From NCBI RefSeq assembly GCF_009834535.1, contig NC_045697.1, positions 31,188,001 through 31,252,000 on the forward strand: a stretch of DNA of 64,000 nt, written 5' to 3'. The translations under genes were made by a program, and so were the position numbers. Below the pieces are notes generated by a model. The model saw nothing but the letters and a program-made list of their open reading frames with translations. It had not been told where the DNA came from and ran no database searches. Shown here one piece after another: positions 12,400 through 25,584 of the stretch (its first letter is position 1; every line of letters begins with the position of its first letter). This DNA comes from Camelus ferus (lineage: Eukaryota).

Positions 12400-12870
12400 T
12401 CGGCCCCCACCAAACGTTTCTCTCCTACGCTTCTTTGCTAAAAGTACTCTGTTTCTGTTTGAGGTAGCAGTACATCAGGCCCTGGGTCACAGGTCTTAAT
12501 GTGTGTGAAGCAACAATGATAATCACTTCCCCAATGTTCTCAGTTTCCTGTGTAGCTTAGGGTGGCCATGTCACCCCTCTATGAGGCTGAGACCCAGGCA
12601 TAATTCTCCTAGGGGACCAGCGTGGGCCGTTTTTTCAACTGTGGGTCATGACTCCTTCCCCTTCATTCTTGAGTTACCATTGCTGCTCCTGAAGCTAGAG
12701 AAGCCATTTGTGACCATGGGGAAAGAGCCTAATGAATCATTCAGACACTGTTTTGTATAGCTCGGCAGAATAAATAAACATTTAAAAAATTGCTATTTAA
12801 GGAAAAAAATACAATCTTACTTACTTAAGTCACAGGCTTCTATTACATACAACTGAACAGATTCTTAAGA
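12400..12870 (+). mobile_element. Old MaLR LTR (MLT1J/K-like)
   Basis: 'tagggtggccatgtcaccc', 'gaagccatttgtgaccatggggaaaga' and a terminal 'ttctattacatacaactgaacagattct'. Confidence 0.55.
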
Positions 12871-12986
12871 GATATTTAACAGTTTAAGAGCCAAGCACCT
12901 TGTTATCCTTTGGTGGACATGGTGTAAAATGCACAAAGGGAGGATTAGTCAGTTTATATAGATACTCTATCATTTCAGCCAATCTT

Positions 12987-13369
12987 CTAAAAAATTTTTT
13001 TTATTGAAGTAGAGTTAATTTACAATGTTGTGTTAGTTTCTGGTGTACAGCAAAGTGGTTCAGTCATATATATATATACACACACACATGCACACACACA
13101 TACACATGCACAGATGCTTGTATACATATGTATGTGTATGTGTTTTCTTTTTCAGATTCTCTTCCATTATATCTTTTTATAAGACTTTGAATATAGTTCC
13201 CTGTGCTATACAGAAGAAATCTGTGTTTTATCTGTTTTAATATATAGTGATTAACATTTGCAAATCTCAAACTCCCAAATTTATCCCTTCCCATCCCCTT
13301 TCCCCAATAACCATGAGATTGTTTACTGTGTCTGTGAGTCTGTTTCTTTTGTAGGTGAGTTCATTAGTG

Positions 13370-13458
<89 letters not shown>

Positions 13459-13660
13459 TTTCTTAGATTCCGCATATGAATAATATCATATGGTATTTTT
13501 CTTTCTCTTTCTGGCTTACTTCACTTAGAATGACAATCTCTGGGTCCATCCATGTTGTTGCAAATGGAATTTCATTCTTTATCATGGCTGAGTAGTATTC
13601 CATTGTGTTTATGGACCACATCTTGATCCAGTCGTCTGAATGGACATTTAGGTTGCTTTC
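12987..13660 (-). mobile_element. Camelid-type L1 3' end, 5'-truncated
   Basis: T-rich tail, L1 3'UTR and ORF2 end 'ttagattccgcatatg...ggacatttaggttg'. TSD tttcagccaatctt (12973-12986) / tttcagccagtctt (13657-13670). Confidence 0.92.
13371..13464. repeat. (TTTC)n microsatellite within L1
   Basis: Long near-perfect TTTC array. Confidence 0.95.
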
Positions 13661-13679
13661 AGCCAGTCTTTATTCATTG

Positions 13680-13870
13680 CATATCCTTGTCACATTGACA
13701 TTTTCTTGGTTCTTTATTTGCTATTTTTATCATCTGTCTACAATGTGAGAATGGAAGTCCCCTCAGAGCATGGGCTTTGTGGGTCTTGTTCACTATTGCA
13801 TCCCCGCTGCACAGCAGGGTGCCTAGCACATAGTAAGCATTATCCTATGATGTCTTTTTGGTTCAACAAA
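13680..13870 (+). mobile_element. L2 3' end fragment
   Basis: 'gtcttgttcactattgcatcccc..cagggtgcctagcacatagtaagcat'. Confidence 0.7.
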
Positions 13871-15394
13871 TGCATTCCCGGCCTGTGCTGATGTGGAAAC
13901 TAAGACTCAGAGTGTAAACCGAAAATATCTGGCTGTGAGCTTGTGGAGTCAGAAGTTCCACTTCCACAGAGTAGATCAAATGGTAAAAGGGGGAATGTGG
14001 GGTGATGGTGAGAAGAGGAAAGTGACAGAAGGACAACTGGGACTGGAGAAAAAGCCATGTGAATGGTGGAATCTGCTAAGTGAGAAGAGAAGGTATTTTC
14101 CATTCCCAAGCCAAAGGGGATAGACTCACAGATGAGCTGCTCTCAATTTTAGTCACCTGTCTTCAAGCAATTTGCTCTTTATCAGACAAGGGTAATTGTC
14201 AACCCTTTGAACAGAAAAAGGCTATTGGTAAAGGGTTAGCAAAACCATTTATTCCTCTTGTATGAGAATTTGACCTTTCTAGATCTTTCTCTGAAAATCT
14301 GATAAAAAAGAAAAGTCAACTGTGTTACTCGACAACATATTTTTTTACTCAAAAATATTTGCTTAAAAAAGAAAGTTTATTATACTACTGTTGAGGGAAA
14401 CTATAATATAAAAAGTATTATAGTTGTTAAAATATAAAATAAAAAACAATGCTTTTAAAATTGGTAACTATGATACACAAATAACACTGAGTCTGATAAA
14501 TTTTATCAAAATTTTCCCTTGAAAATATTGCTCTGTGAGGAATCTTTATGTTAGGTTTATAGTGAAGAAAGATTTGGTTTGATAAGTTTAAGATAAAGAA
14601 AGATTTTAAAGCAAGAAATGATTTGTGTGTTAGTTTCCATGAAATCGCAACCCAATGGCACAGATGATTGGAAAGAACTGAAAATATTTAACTGACTTCT
14701 CTGTTAAGATCTAATGCTGAGGATTATTTTCCAAAGAAAATGATGTGAATGACTTTCCAGTTTTGTTGATGAAGTCATCTGAAGTAACTCTTATCTGTTT
14801 AATTTCTGAATTGGTCAAGTTTTGGAAAAATAACTGAGTGTAATGGCAAATTTTTCCTTATTCATGAATTACTGTCATCTCATTTGGAAAATATTAATAT
14901 AAGCCCTTCATAACATCTTTCAAATGCCTCTGCATAATGTTCATAATATATTTAGTGAATTATTCAGAGAGTTCATTAACAAGCCATCGAGACACCCAGG
15001 ATCCAAGCTGGCTCTCTAAGGCTGCAAACTCCACAGCTCAGTTTCTCAATTAATCTGTTTACTTGTTCTTGCACACAGAATGCTGATGTAAGCCTCTCTT
15101 GTGAGAATAACTGAGTTGTTCAAATGGGCAAATATATCTGCACTACATGTACTCAAGCAAAGAACCTTGTAGCTGATGGTTTTCTTCAGAAAGACTTGTT
15201 GTTCTTCTTACAATTCAAACAGATGAATGAAAATGCTACGTAACATAACAGCCAGTGACCCTCAGTATGAAATAGTTTATAATAACTGTCCTTCTAATCA
15301 TAAAGCAGAGAAACAAGTTGGGAATTCAGTGCCCCATCCTTAACATGACTGATGATTTTACTAGATTCACTCAGTCTGGTCTCTGAAGCCTATA

Positions 15395-15620
15395 AGAGCT
15401 TGAGTTCTGGCTCTATTAGCCAGATTCTATTTTAGAAGCAGGACAAATTTGGGTAAGTTAACACTTCTGTACCTAAGTTATCGCATCTGTAAAATAGTAG
15501 TAATAATAGTATCTAGCCCAAAAAGTTGTTGGAGGAGTAAATATATTGGTGAACATTCAGCTTTTAGAATAGTACTTGGCATATAATAAGTGTTGCATAA
15601 GTGTTTGTAGTTGTTTTTAT
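15395..15620 (+). mobile_element. MIR SINE
   Basis: 'tttgggtaagttaacacttctgtacctaagtt..catctgtaaaatagtagtaataatagtatct'. Confidence 0.75.
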
Positions 15621-15639
15621 GTGTTCTTAAAATGTTGTG

Positions 15640-16046
15640 TGCTATGGACTGAATTGTGCCACCCCTAAATTCATACGTGGAAACTCTAATCCCCATTGTG
15701 ACCATATGTGGAGATGTAGCCTATCGGAATGTTAAGGGTGAATGAGATTATAAAGGTAAGGCCCTAATTCAATAGAACTGGTATCTTAATGAGAAGAGGA
15801 AAAGACACCAGATGTCTCTCCCTCCCTCCCTCTTTCTCTCTTCCTTTCCTTGTGAGCACAGAGAAAAGTCCATGAGAGGCCATTGTGTTTTTTCTATAAG
15901 CCAGGAAGAAAGCTTTCACCAGAGAACAAATTTGCCAGCATATGGTTATGAACTTTTAGGCTCTAGAACTTTGAGAAGATGAATTTCTGGTGTTAAAGCC
16001 ACCCAATCTGTGTTGTGTTGTTATGATAGCCCTGGAAGCCAAGACA
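15640..16046 (+). mobile_element. MaLR solo LTR (MLT1A/B-like)
   Basis: TG...CA ends: 'tgctatggactgaattgtgcc..aaattcatacgtggaaactctaatcccc' to 'aagaca'. 5-bp TSD ttgtg/tcatg. Confidence 0.88.
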
Positions 16047-16147
16047 TCATGCCTATTTCAAAAGTCAATGCTTCCTTGTGCATACAATACTAAGTACCTT
16101 TACTTTCAGAAGTGACATTTTATAATGTATCAAAAAATAAAATAAAA

Positions 16148-17297
16148 CGCACGTCCCCTGCTCTCCAGCAGATTGATACAAGTCTTGAGTGCCTTTAGGG
16201 GCACGTAGACAACCATGTAGGACCCAGTCTCATCCTCCAGGGGGCTGGTACCAGCTTCGAGCCTCCTTAGGCTGCATAGACAACCATGCAGGGAGCTGGC
16301 CCTGCCCTCCAGCAGGCTTGCAGCCACTGCACAAGGCATGGCCTTGCAGCTAATATAGCCTACCAGTGTACTCACCACAATGGAATGGTGCAATCCACCC
16401 ATGTAGGGGGCACCTCTAGAGCACATAGCTCTGGTGAGCAGAGGGAAGTGTGCTGTTGGACTCCACTGGTGTCTTCTACGTAAATCTACTTTCCCAAGAT
16501 CCAGAATCATGATTTGACCTAACACATAGGAATAAACACAGAATTGGGTAAAATGAGGAGACAAAGAAATATGTTCCAAATAAAATAACAAGACATGACC
16601 TCAGAAAAAGAATTAAACAAAATGGAGACAAACAATTTACCCAATAAAGAATTCAAGGTAATGTTCATAAAGAAGTTCACTGAACTCAGGAGAAGAATAA
16701 ATAAAAACAATGGGAAGTTTAATAAGAAGTTAAAAAATATAAAGAAGAACCAAACAAACATAGTTTAAGAATATAATTGAAAATTACGCTATAAGGAAAC
16801 AAAAGATTACATGGCACAGAGGAAAAGATCAGTGATGTGGAAGACAGAGTAGTGGAAATCAACCAATCTGAACAGAAAAAAGAAAAAAAAATTTAAAAAA
16901 TTAAGATAATTTAAAAGACCTCTGAGACAACATCAGGCATACTAACATTCACACTATAGGGATCCCAGAAGGAGAAGAGAGAGAAAGGAGAGAGAACCCA
17001 TTTGAAGAAATAATAACTGAAAACTTCCTTAACCTGGGGAAGAACACAGACAGAGATGGTCCAGGAAGCACAGAAAGTCCCAAATAAGATAAAATCAAAG
17101 AGGGCTACAATAAGACACATTATAATTAAAATGGCAAAAATTAAAGATTAAGAGAGAACCTTAAAAACAGCATGAGAAAAGCAATTAGTAACATACAAGG
17201 AAACTCCCATTGGACTATGAGCTGGCTTTTCAGCCGAAACTTGGCAGGACAGAAGGGAGAGACATGATATATTCAGAAAGAAGAAAGGAAAAAATTG
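16148..17297 (+). mobile_element. L1 5'UTR plus degenerate ORF1 fragment (L1M2/L1M3-like)
   Basis: ATG at 16553 begins MRRQRNMFQ... with stops and frameshifts. ORF1-type motifs 'gacaacatcaggcatactaacattcacactatagggatcccagaaggagaagag' and 'gctggcttttcagccgaaac' follow. Confidence 0.85.
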
Positions 17298-19199
17298 TAC
17301 TCAAAATTCATCACTTCATAATTACACTACTATGTATTTGTATTATCCATGCTCTTAAGTAAGATTATATCTATTGTATCTAGTGGTGGAAATACTATAT
17401 AATAATGTGCTACTGTGATTATAACATGAAGGCCTCTATGGTGGGACATTTTACATGACAGAAATTGGCAAACTCTACAATTCAAGATTTGGTTTACTGT
17501 TTTGTTTATTGTCTTCAGAAGTGATGGAACGTTAATAAAGTAAATTAAATTTAAAATTGTGTCATTTCTGATACCTGTTATATTATGAATAGCATACACA
17601 CACAAAAAACTGAGGAAACATCCTTCCATTATTCAAAACTATTGTCTGACTGAGGAAAGGTGTCACTAACATTATTGATGGATGATTAAAATTCCAGTAT
17701 TCATCTTCATTGTTTATTTTTATCTTACTTGTTACAAAACCAAAAATATCAACCAAAATTCATGTTAAAATTGCATTTGTTCATCAGTTGCAACCCTAAA
17801 TTGGCCATGGATATAAGAGTTTGACAAAAATTAATAAAAAACCTAAGACTGTCTATTGGTTATAAAGAATTTATAATAAAGAGTGGGGCATATTTTGTTA
17901 TCATTTGTAGTAAAATTTACAGTAAACAAATATATGTATATTTACATAACGAAAAATGTGCATGTGCATGTGTGCACACACAGATATACATGTCTCCTCT
18001 GTTGGAAAGATAATTGTTGAACACTTACCAACACATGACCAGTGGGCACACCTAACAAGTCCATATATATGTATTCATTATTAATATGAAATAAATTAAC
18101 ATTTAATGCTTTTTAGAAAAATAAAACAATTGCCTATTTTAGGCTCTTTGAATTCTTGCATCAGAGTTCACGCCAGCAAGATCACTCCTTTTCCAGGAGG
18201 ACCAAGCAGCAGAACTAATTCCTGGTGTCCCTGAGTAATATTTCTGTCGCCTGTTTGCTGGAATCCCTCAAATCTTGTTTTTCCAGGGTCTGCTCTTGAT
18301 CTGGCTTCGTCTCAATGTATCTCAGTGTTTCATTTGGCCCAAGAACCATGACCACAAATCCATTTGCCTTTACTTCCCTCCAAACCCAAGACAATCATGG
18401 AAGAATTAGTACTTCTTGAAGCAGCCGTCAGTGACTTAGAATTTCTTAATGATGCCTCATCAGTTTTTCTGGGAAATGGTGTAACTGCATGTGAACACAT
18501 TCATTCATAAATCACAGGACTGTGACTCGTGGAAGAAAGTCTTCATAACTTTTTTCAAGTGAAGCTGAAAGTCTCCTGGAAAGACACTGATAATTATGAC
18601 TCATTGGTTACATATTTTAGTGTGCTTTTAGTTGACATCAGCCTTCCTGGCCGGGACACATAAGGAAGTTGGGTGGAGGTAGAAATCTGTGGCTCTTATG
18701 AAGTAGGGTTAGTAGTAAACTGTTTTAAACAGGATTTGTGGAGAAATACTGCAACGAGGAGATGGGTTACAGAATTAATGGCAATTGCACAGACATATAT
18801 TGTTGTGTTTTTAATTACAGATAAACCAATATACTGTGTTAGCATTTTGCTATAAAAGAATTTTCCAATTTTGGCCCAGATTTAATGAAATACTTCACTT
18901 GTTAAAAATCAATTGTATACATTAGAAGTTATTTAATGAATTATAATAGTATTTTATGCAATGTTAAACATGTCCTGCTAAACAAACTGACAACTTTTAG
19001 TTTAGAAATATGAATGTGCAGAGTATGGTTTTCATTGCTGTAGAGATGGCAAAGAAATGCCTCTGCCCTCACCAAGGTAGCAGAGCTCTCAAGCTAGTAG
19101 AAAATCAAGGCAGGAGCACAGAAAGCTATTTACTGATGGCTGCTAAATTAGTGTGTTAGATAGTAACACTACTGGATGATAAGTGCTGATGCACACATA

Positions 19200-19430
19200 G
19201 TTTTTAAAATATAACAGGTGTTGCTTCTATTGTTTTGCATATAAATTCTAATTTAAGTTTCAAAGCAAGCCTAGAGTTAGGAGCTAGTGTTATATCTCTT
19301 GAAATACGAGGAAACATAGTCACACATAATATAAGTTACCTACTGTATCAAGTGGGTGACAGAGCTAAGACTTGAACCCGAGTGTTCTGGCACCGAAACC
19401 TGTGCTCTTAATTCTTAATTCTATACTGCC
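19200..19430 (-). mobile_element. MIR SINE
   Basis: 'gaggaaacatagtcacac...aagtgggtgacagagctaagacttgaacccgag'. Confidence 0.65.
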
Positions 19431-19544
19431 CAGCCAGGAGTTCTGATCATTGAATTAAAAAGGAGGAGAGCACTGTTCTTCATGGACCAGCTGGGGCATG
19501 CATTGGAACGTGAAGATAGATAAGATTAAAACAAGGTAGAAAAG

Positions 19545-19675
19545 AGTTATTCATTCAAAATATATTTATTGAACCTTATTTTATCCCAGGACCTAGGGTA
19601 GATGATATAGATGATATAGAGCTCTGAATGAGACTGGCAGTGTCTCGGACCACATGGAACTCACATTCTAACATT
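19545..19675 (-). mobile_element. L2 3' end fragment
   Basis: 'ttcattcaaaatatatttattgaacctt...catggaactcacattcta'. Confidence 0.65.
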
Positions 19676-19729
19676 AAAAGGATTTCAGGTACAGAGACAG
19701 TATGAGAAAATTTTAAGAACAGGATACAT

Positions 19730-20200
19730 ATTTACCACAACCAGAAGAAAAAGAAAATGAAAATGAAGGTTATGTAGCTTGTGATTCTTCAGGTCAGTGA
19801 TTTGGGCTGGGCTCATCTGGGCAGTTATTCTGACCTGAGCTGGGCTTGTCTGATTCATGAGTGTTCAAGGAATTGGCAGGTTAGCTGGGTGCCGCCTGAT
19901 TTCAGATGGCCTCACTTAGGAGTCTAGTGGTTGGCTAACTATGAGGGAGAGCGATGGAGTCATATGTCCTTTATCCTCTGATAGGCTAACCCAGGCTTAT
20001 TCCCTTAACAGTGGTGTTATAAGAGCAGCAGGGAAGAAAACTGACGCACAGCAATTTTGAAGTGTTTTCTGGAGTTATGTTTGCTAACACCTCATTGTCC
20101 AAAACAGGTCACATGGCCAAGCCCAGAGTCGGAATGGGAGAGTACTCAAAGTCACAGGGCTGGGGTATGGGCACAGGGGAGAGCTGGAATCGTCATTTTG
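19730..20200 (-). mobile_element. MaLR LTR (MLT1F/G/H-like)
   Basis: 'ggtcagtgatttgggctgggctcatctgggcagtt', 'gatggcctcact' and 'tcattgtccaaaacaggtcacatggccaagcccagagtc'. Confidence 0.75.
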
Positions 20201-21028
20201 AAAAGTATGACAGGATTGAAAGGAGTTTTGTTATAGCAGTCCTATGTATTACTTGGCTTTCTTTTTGAGTAATATCAAAAACCATATAGTGATCTATCAT
20301 TAAAAACATTTACACTATTATTTAAAATAATTGATTCAATTCAGTGATGCTTCAATATACTAAGAGTAAAAATTTATAAACTTACTAGCTAACAAAAATA
20401 TTAGTTACTTGGCTATCAGTCTTTCACACTCTCAATTTCTGATTAATATATAAAAAATATTTATCTGGTTATAAAATAACAACTATTTCTGTTCTTCTTC
20501 CTTTTAGAGGTGCTTTTGATAAAACATAGTCAGAGAGGGTTAAGAAAATTAATAAATAGTCAACTTTATTACACATTTTCCAATACAAGATCTTTTTGGC
20601 AAAATGCTTTCGTCTTATAATGTGTTTCATCAAACTGTTAGAACACAGAGCTAACTCATCCAATGTATGGAAAAATATTTATCATAAAACTGAATTGGCA
20701 AAGCTATTCACATCTCAAACAAGTCATCTCCAAACAGTTTTATCAGATGAAGTTCGATTTTATTTTCAATTAAAATACACTTACCAATATGTGCTTGAGA
20801 GGATATTGTTTTAAAACCCAGAGAAATAGATTATTGGACATAACTCATGATAAAATATTAAAAGCTGTCTAATTAAGACTGAAATGCAGCAAATATGATA
20901 GATGAATTCATCTATTTTGTAATATAATTCAAGACAAATCAACATGCTTTTTCATCTTACATGTAAGGCTATCATGCACTAGTTTCTGGAAATGATGTTA
21001 TTGTGGGACGTCATTTGATGAAAGGCAT

Positions 21029-21457
21029 TGTATTTGTTACCTAGGACTGTCAAAACAAGATGCCTCGGACTGGTGGCTTTAACAAGAGAAATTTACGTCT
21101 CCAGTTCTGGAGACTAGAAGTCTGAGATCAAGGTCCCAGCAGGGTTAGTTCTTCTGAGGGCTCTGAGGAAGAAGGGGCTCCATGCCTTCCTCCTAGCTCC
21201 TGGTGGCCTCGGGAGTCCCATGGCTCGGAGATGCCTTCTCCCTGTGTCTTCATACCATCTTCACTCTGTATGTGCCTTTGTGTCTGAGTTTCCCCTTTTC
21301 ACAAGGACAACAGTCACATTAGAGTAGGCCCATCCTAATGGCCTCATCTTAACTTGATCATTGGGCCAAACCCTCTTTCCAACTAGGGTCACAGTCACAG
21401 TCACTGGGAGTTAAAATTTCAACACCTTTCTGGGGAGACAAAATGCAATTTATAACA
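21029..21457 (-). mobile_element. MaLR solo LTR (MLT1C/D-like)
   Basis: TG...CA ends, 'cagttctggagactagaagtctgagatcaagg', and a perfect 5-bp TSD ggcat (21024-21028, 21458-21462). Confidence 0.9.
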
Positions 21458-23579
21458 GGCATGGTGCTCCTTTAATAAATATGCACATACATCTAATTCA
21501 GTTATTTGGGTTGAGAAATAATAAAATGAGAGCTAAGGATTAAAATCAAAATATCCTATTAATTTTGCTAGATATTAGAATCTAATTTTTCCTTTTTTTT
21601 TTTTTTTTTTACAAAAGAGAATGATACATACCACTAAAATTAACATTCTGGAAGCTAGCACATATGTTACTTTTTTCATAGTACCAAGAAGCAGAGAAAC
21701 ATTTTGTAAGATAAAATAAAATGAGCAAATATTTCATGATTTCATTTGATATGACAGGTTTTAATTATTATTTTGGGTTCAAAATAATAACTCTGACAAT
21801 AATTACATGAAGGTTTTACCTGTGGGTTTTAGCCAGTGTTACCAGGAAAGCCATCAAGAAAGGTAGTCTTTGAAAATATTTGTTACATTTAAAGAACCAA
21901 TGTCACAAGCTTTTACTGCTTCATCTGTTTGAAGGTCCTTTTCTACTTTAAACTAGTCAATGATGAATTCTAGAGATGGGTATTGAGAATACATAAAGCA
22001 AATTGTTGAAAATAGACATTTTTTAGTGATCAATATTTATTTTCAATGCTGTATTTGCTCTATGGGACTTCGCTTCAAATTATCTGCCTTTTTGACAAGA
22101 GTCTGGAATGGAAGAGGCAAATTTGTCAAACAGAACATCATTACCCACCTCATCTATCCATATACAGTATTTGGACTCAGAAAATTACAACTCAAGCCAG
22201 AATACTCCATTACAAGCATCCTGAGTCCACTTTCACATAAATATGTATAAATGAGAAAAAAATTAGAAGTTCTCAGCATTTATGGCATTGTGATTTATTA
22301 TGAAAAAAAGGAATACTTCAAATGAATAATTTGAAGTATTTATTTGTTGGACATTTTACCCTGCAGGGCAGTATATCTCACCAAGATTTGGGGTGGTGAA
22401 GGGTTGTTACTTTTCTGTAAAACTGGAAAAGTTTTGTTGTGAATGCAGGTGTGTTCCTTGTCAGATCCGCTTTTAGAAAAACAAATTATGAAAGCTGAGG
22501 ATCTGGAAAATAATTTACTTAAAACCTTCAATGCCTGCATAACCCTTGGCAAGTTTCACATGTTTTAATTAGAAAAGCAGTGATGTACTGGACCTACTGC
22601 TGGAATCTGTGGTTCTGGCATTTGGCCCTAAGCTTGAAGTCCTAATTGAGCTGGTCTCTGCCCTCAACCAGACTCTCCTGGTCCAGGTGTTCTCTCACAA
22701 GGCAGTCCAAGTTCAGGTAGAAGAGCCCAGCCCCCAGCACAGACTCACTTCTCTAACTGCCTCCTGTTGTTGCCTCCCCAGTTCACTCTCATTGGATGAG
22801 GTGCTGAGCCCAGGTTGCGGTTCTTTTAATGGCCTGCACATTTCTCCTTTCACTGTGCCCCCCAAACACAGCTCTAGCTCTGACTTTCTTGGTATCCTGA
22901 TACATATCTGGATGTTAAAACAGTCTCTTTGAGGGACAGCCTGAAATGTGGAGTGAAGGGGTGGGGAGAGAAGGACCCGGGAGTCTGAGCATTTCTGTCT
23001 CCCCGTTTCCACAATTTCTGGGATGGAGGAAGGACTTAGCATTTTTCCTTTCCCTGTGTGCCCTCCTCTCTCCTTCGAGCTTTGGGCAGCAAGACTCATG
23101 GGCTAGTTTTACTGAACCAAATGGAGCCTGGATCACAGGAGAAACTTAATATTCATTTGTTGAATGATTGTTTGACTCCGTGAAAAGGTGATCTCACCTA
23201 TATGCTGCTGTGATTGCTAGAATCTCGTTCTTCATGCTCAATGACAGATACACTATTATAATAGCTCTTAAAACTATTGCTTCAGTTAAAAAATCCCACA
23301 TCGTTAGTGAACATGTGAAGGGCATTTCAGTACTAACAGGCCCAAACAGTGACCACGACGTACCTCTCATCCATGCCACCCTCATTTCTCATCATTAAGG
23401 GGAACCTTTGCTGACTAGCAAGAAAATGATGCACCTGGAAATGCAGAGAGGCAAGGGCATTAATATATATATTTAAAGTTTCCATTACAATTTATGTATG
23501 TAATTTATTTAAAGTATATTGCAGTTTCATAGTTCATTAATCAGTTAATTCATTTAATTTCTGCACCGTGGAGCAATTA

Positions 23580-24175
23580 TTTCAGTTATATCAGCATCTC
23601 AAACGAAACCTGGCAAAACTAGAAATTACGACTCTGCCATCCTCCACTACTGTTCCCCCAGGATCCCCTGTCTCAGCCAAGGGCACCACCGTTCACCCGG
23701 TGGTTCTGTCCAAGCACGTAGAAAGCATCCTTTACTCTCCTTTCCTTCGTCTCTCACACCCAACCCATCATTCAGACCTGTCAGTTCTAGCTCAAAGCTT
23801 CAGAATGTACCTTGGATCTCAGTGCATCTTCCATCACCTCCTCACTGCTCTCAGCCTAAATCTAAGACATCGTCATCTCTGAGAAGCACTGTTTTCCTAA
23901 TTGGACTCTGAAATAGACTCTTCACGCCTGGGTACTCTTTGTCCGCTACCCACTAGCCTTCATTACACTCTTGATAGTGCTTGTCACTCCGTTAAAGTAG
24001 CTCATGCTACGTGATTTTTTCTGTACTTCCTTTATTATTTTGCCCCCTAGAAGTTCAGTTCCCGTAAGAGCAGAGGCCTTGCCTGGGCTGTTCACTGCTC
24101 TCTCTCTACTGCCTGAAGAGGACCTGAAGCAAAAATAGAGACTCAGCTCTCCCTGGGGAATAAATCAATGCTCAA
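23580..24175 (+). mobile_element. L2 fragments
   Basis: 'ctgtctcagccaagggcaccaccgttcacccgg', 'taagagcagaggccttgcctgggctgttcactgct'. Confidence 0.65.
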
Positions 24176-24239
24176 ATACGAGAATGCTGACCGTGGGAGA
24201 GGGTCTTTTAATTTTTTTGAACAGAAGAATTATAATGAT

Positions 24240-24795
24240 CAAATAACTCAGTTTGGATTGTTCGTGCAGGCATTGAAAGGATTAGAGATGTGAGGCAGGT
24301 TTGGAGACTAGTCCAATCATGCAGGTAAGACGCATCAGTGTGGAAATGGAAAGAAGGAGGTAGACTTAGGACTTGTTCATGAGGAAGAATTGATTGGAAT
24401 TGAATGGTTAGACATGGCCAAGTTAGGAAGAGGAGTGAAGTTAGGAAGTCACCGAGGTTTTTAGCTAAGAGGACCTGGTGGTGCTGATTACTGAGATGAG
24501 GAATGCAGAAGGTCAAATATGTTGTGGGTTGGGGGGAGGGAGAAACTCAGGTATAAACGCCACCTTTGAAACATTTCTAGGATATTCAATCACAGCTATT
24601 TAGAAACAAGTTGTCAATAGCGATTCTGAATATAAGGAGAACGTCATGACGGGAAGTTGCTTTGTGAGTCAGTTTAAATATGGATGCTGAAACTGAGTCA
24701 ACAAAGGAGAGTCGAGAGAAGTGAGGAAGAAACAGACTAACTCCTAAGGGCTACTTATAGTTGAGGAGTGGGACAAAGGTGATGATCTAGTAAAG
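24240..24795 (-). mobile_element. L2 fragment
   Basis: 'ggagtgaagttaggaagtcaccgaggtttttagct..ggtggtgctgattactgagatgagg'. Confidence 0.6.
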
Positions 24796-24848
24796 GATCC
24801 TGGATCAACATTTTCTCTTGACATTTCAAATGATTCCTTTTCACACAC

Positions 24849-25325
24849 TTTTTAACCCCAAAAGGAGAAGGGAAAAGACATAGGCTCTTGTCTTACCCAA
24901 AGGAGAAGAATTCAGATGGGAGATGGAAGCACTGTGTAGTGAGAGATTTTAAAGGTTTTATTAGCAAAGGAAAAGTACACCTCCAAGATTGGGAGGTGGG
25001 CTGCCCCAAAGGAGGAAAAGCAGTGGTCTTTGCTCCTTCTCTTACACATTCACTTAGAGGTAGTCTCTTGATTGATTGATGGTTCTTGCCTCGAGAGTGC
25101 TCAGTCATGCTCATCCCCTTTTGTGCATGTCTGTACCCATGATGTTAGGTCCTTGTCACTATCGTGCAGTTGTGGCTGTCAGATTCTGACTGGTTTCTTG
25201 CTGGCACTCATTTAGAGGAAGTAAACCCCTTTATGCTGCAGATGGATATAACACCATCTTCTGGACCTTCCTCCTTCTCCTCCGCCTTATCTGCCAGGTA
25301 CCCTCACTTACCTAACTACCTAACA
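24849..25325 (-). mobile_element. ERV1-type solo LTR (lineage-specific)
   Basis: Minus strand begins tgttaggtagttaggtaag, with a minus-strand AATAAA near 24957-24962. 4-bp flanks acac/gcac. Sits next to L2-like sequence. Confidence 0.65.
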
Positions 25326-25584
25326 GCACCCATTATTCCTTTCAGATGGAGCCTTTCTGAGTATGCTCTGTATTCCTCTCCTGTCATTCCGTTTACAATG
25401 TTTCCTCTTCCAGGAATGCTTTTTCTCCATTTCCAGTCCATTAAATGGTGTTCATTCTTGAAGGCCAGTTGTGTTTCCTTTAGCCTTTGACCTTATCAGA
25501 TTTTTTTTGAGAGAAAAAAAGAAGTCTTCTTCCAATTACTCTGTGAAGATAGCAAGTTTTCAGTGAACCTTTATTGACCACACC

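Noticed and set aside
13258..13479. ORF with SFFL repeats
   Set aside because: It is a translation of the (TTTC)n microsatellite inside an L1.
16130..16591. 153-aa minus-strand ORF
   Set aside because: It is antisense to an L1 5'UTR and has no recognisable domain.
22026..22250. Several overlapping open plus-strand frames
   Set aside because: No recognisable homology or splice support; compatible with chance.
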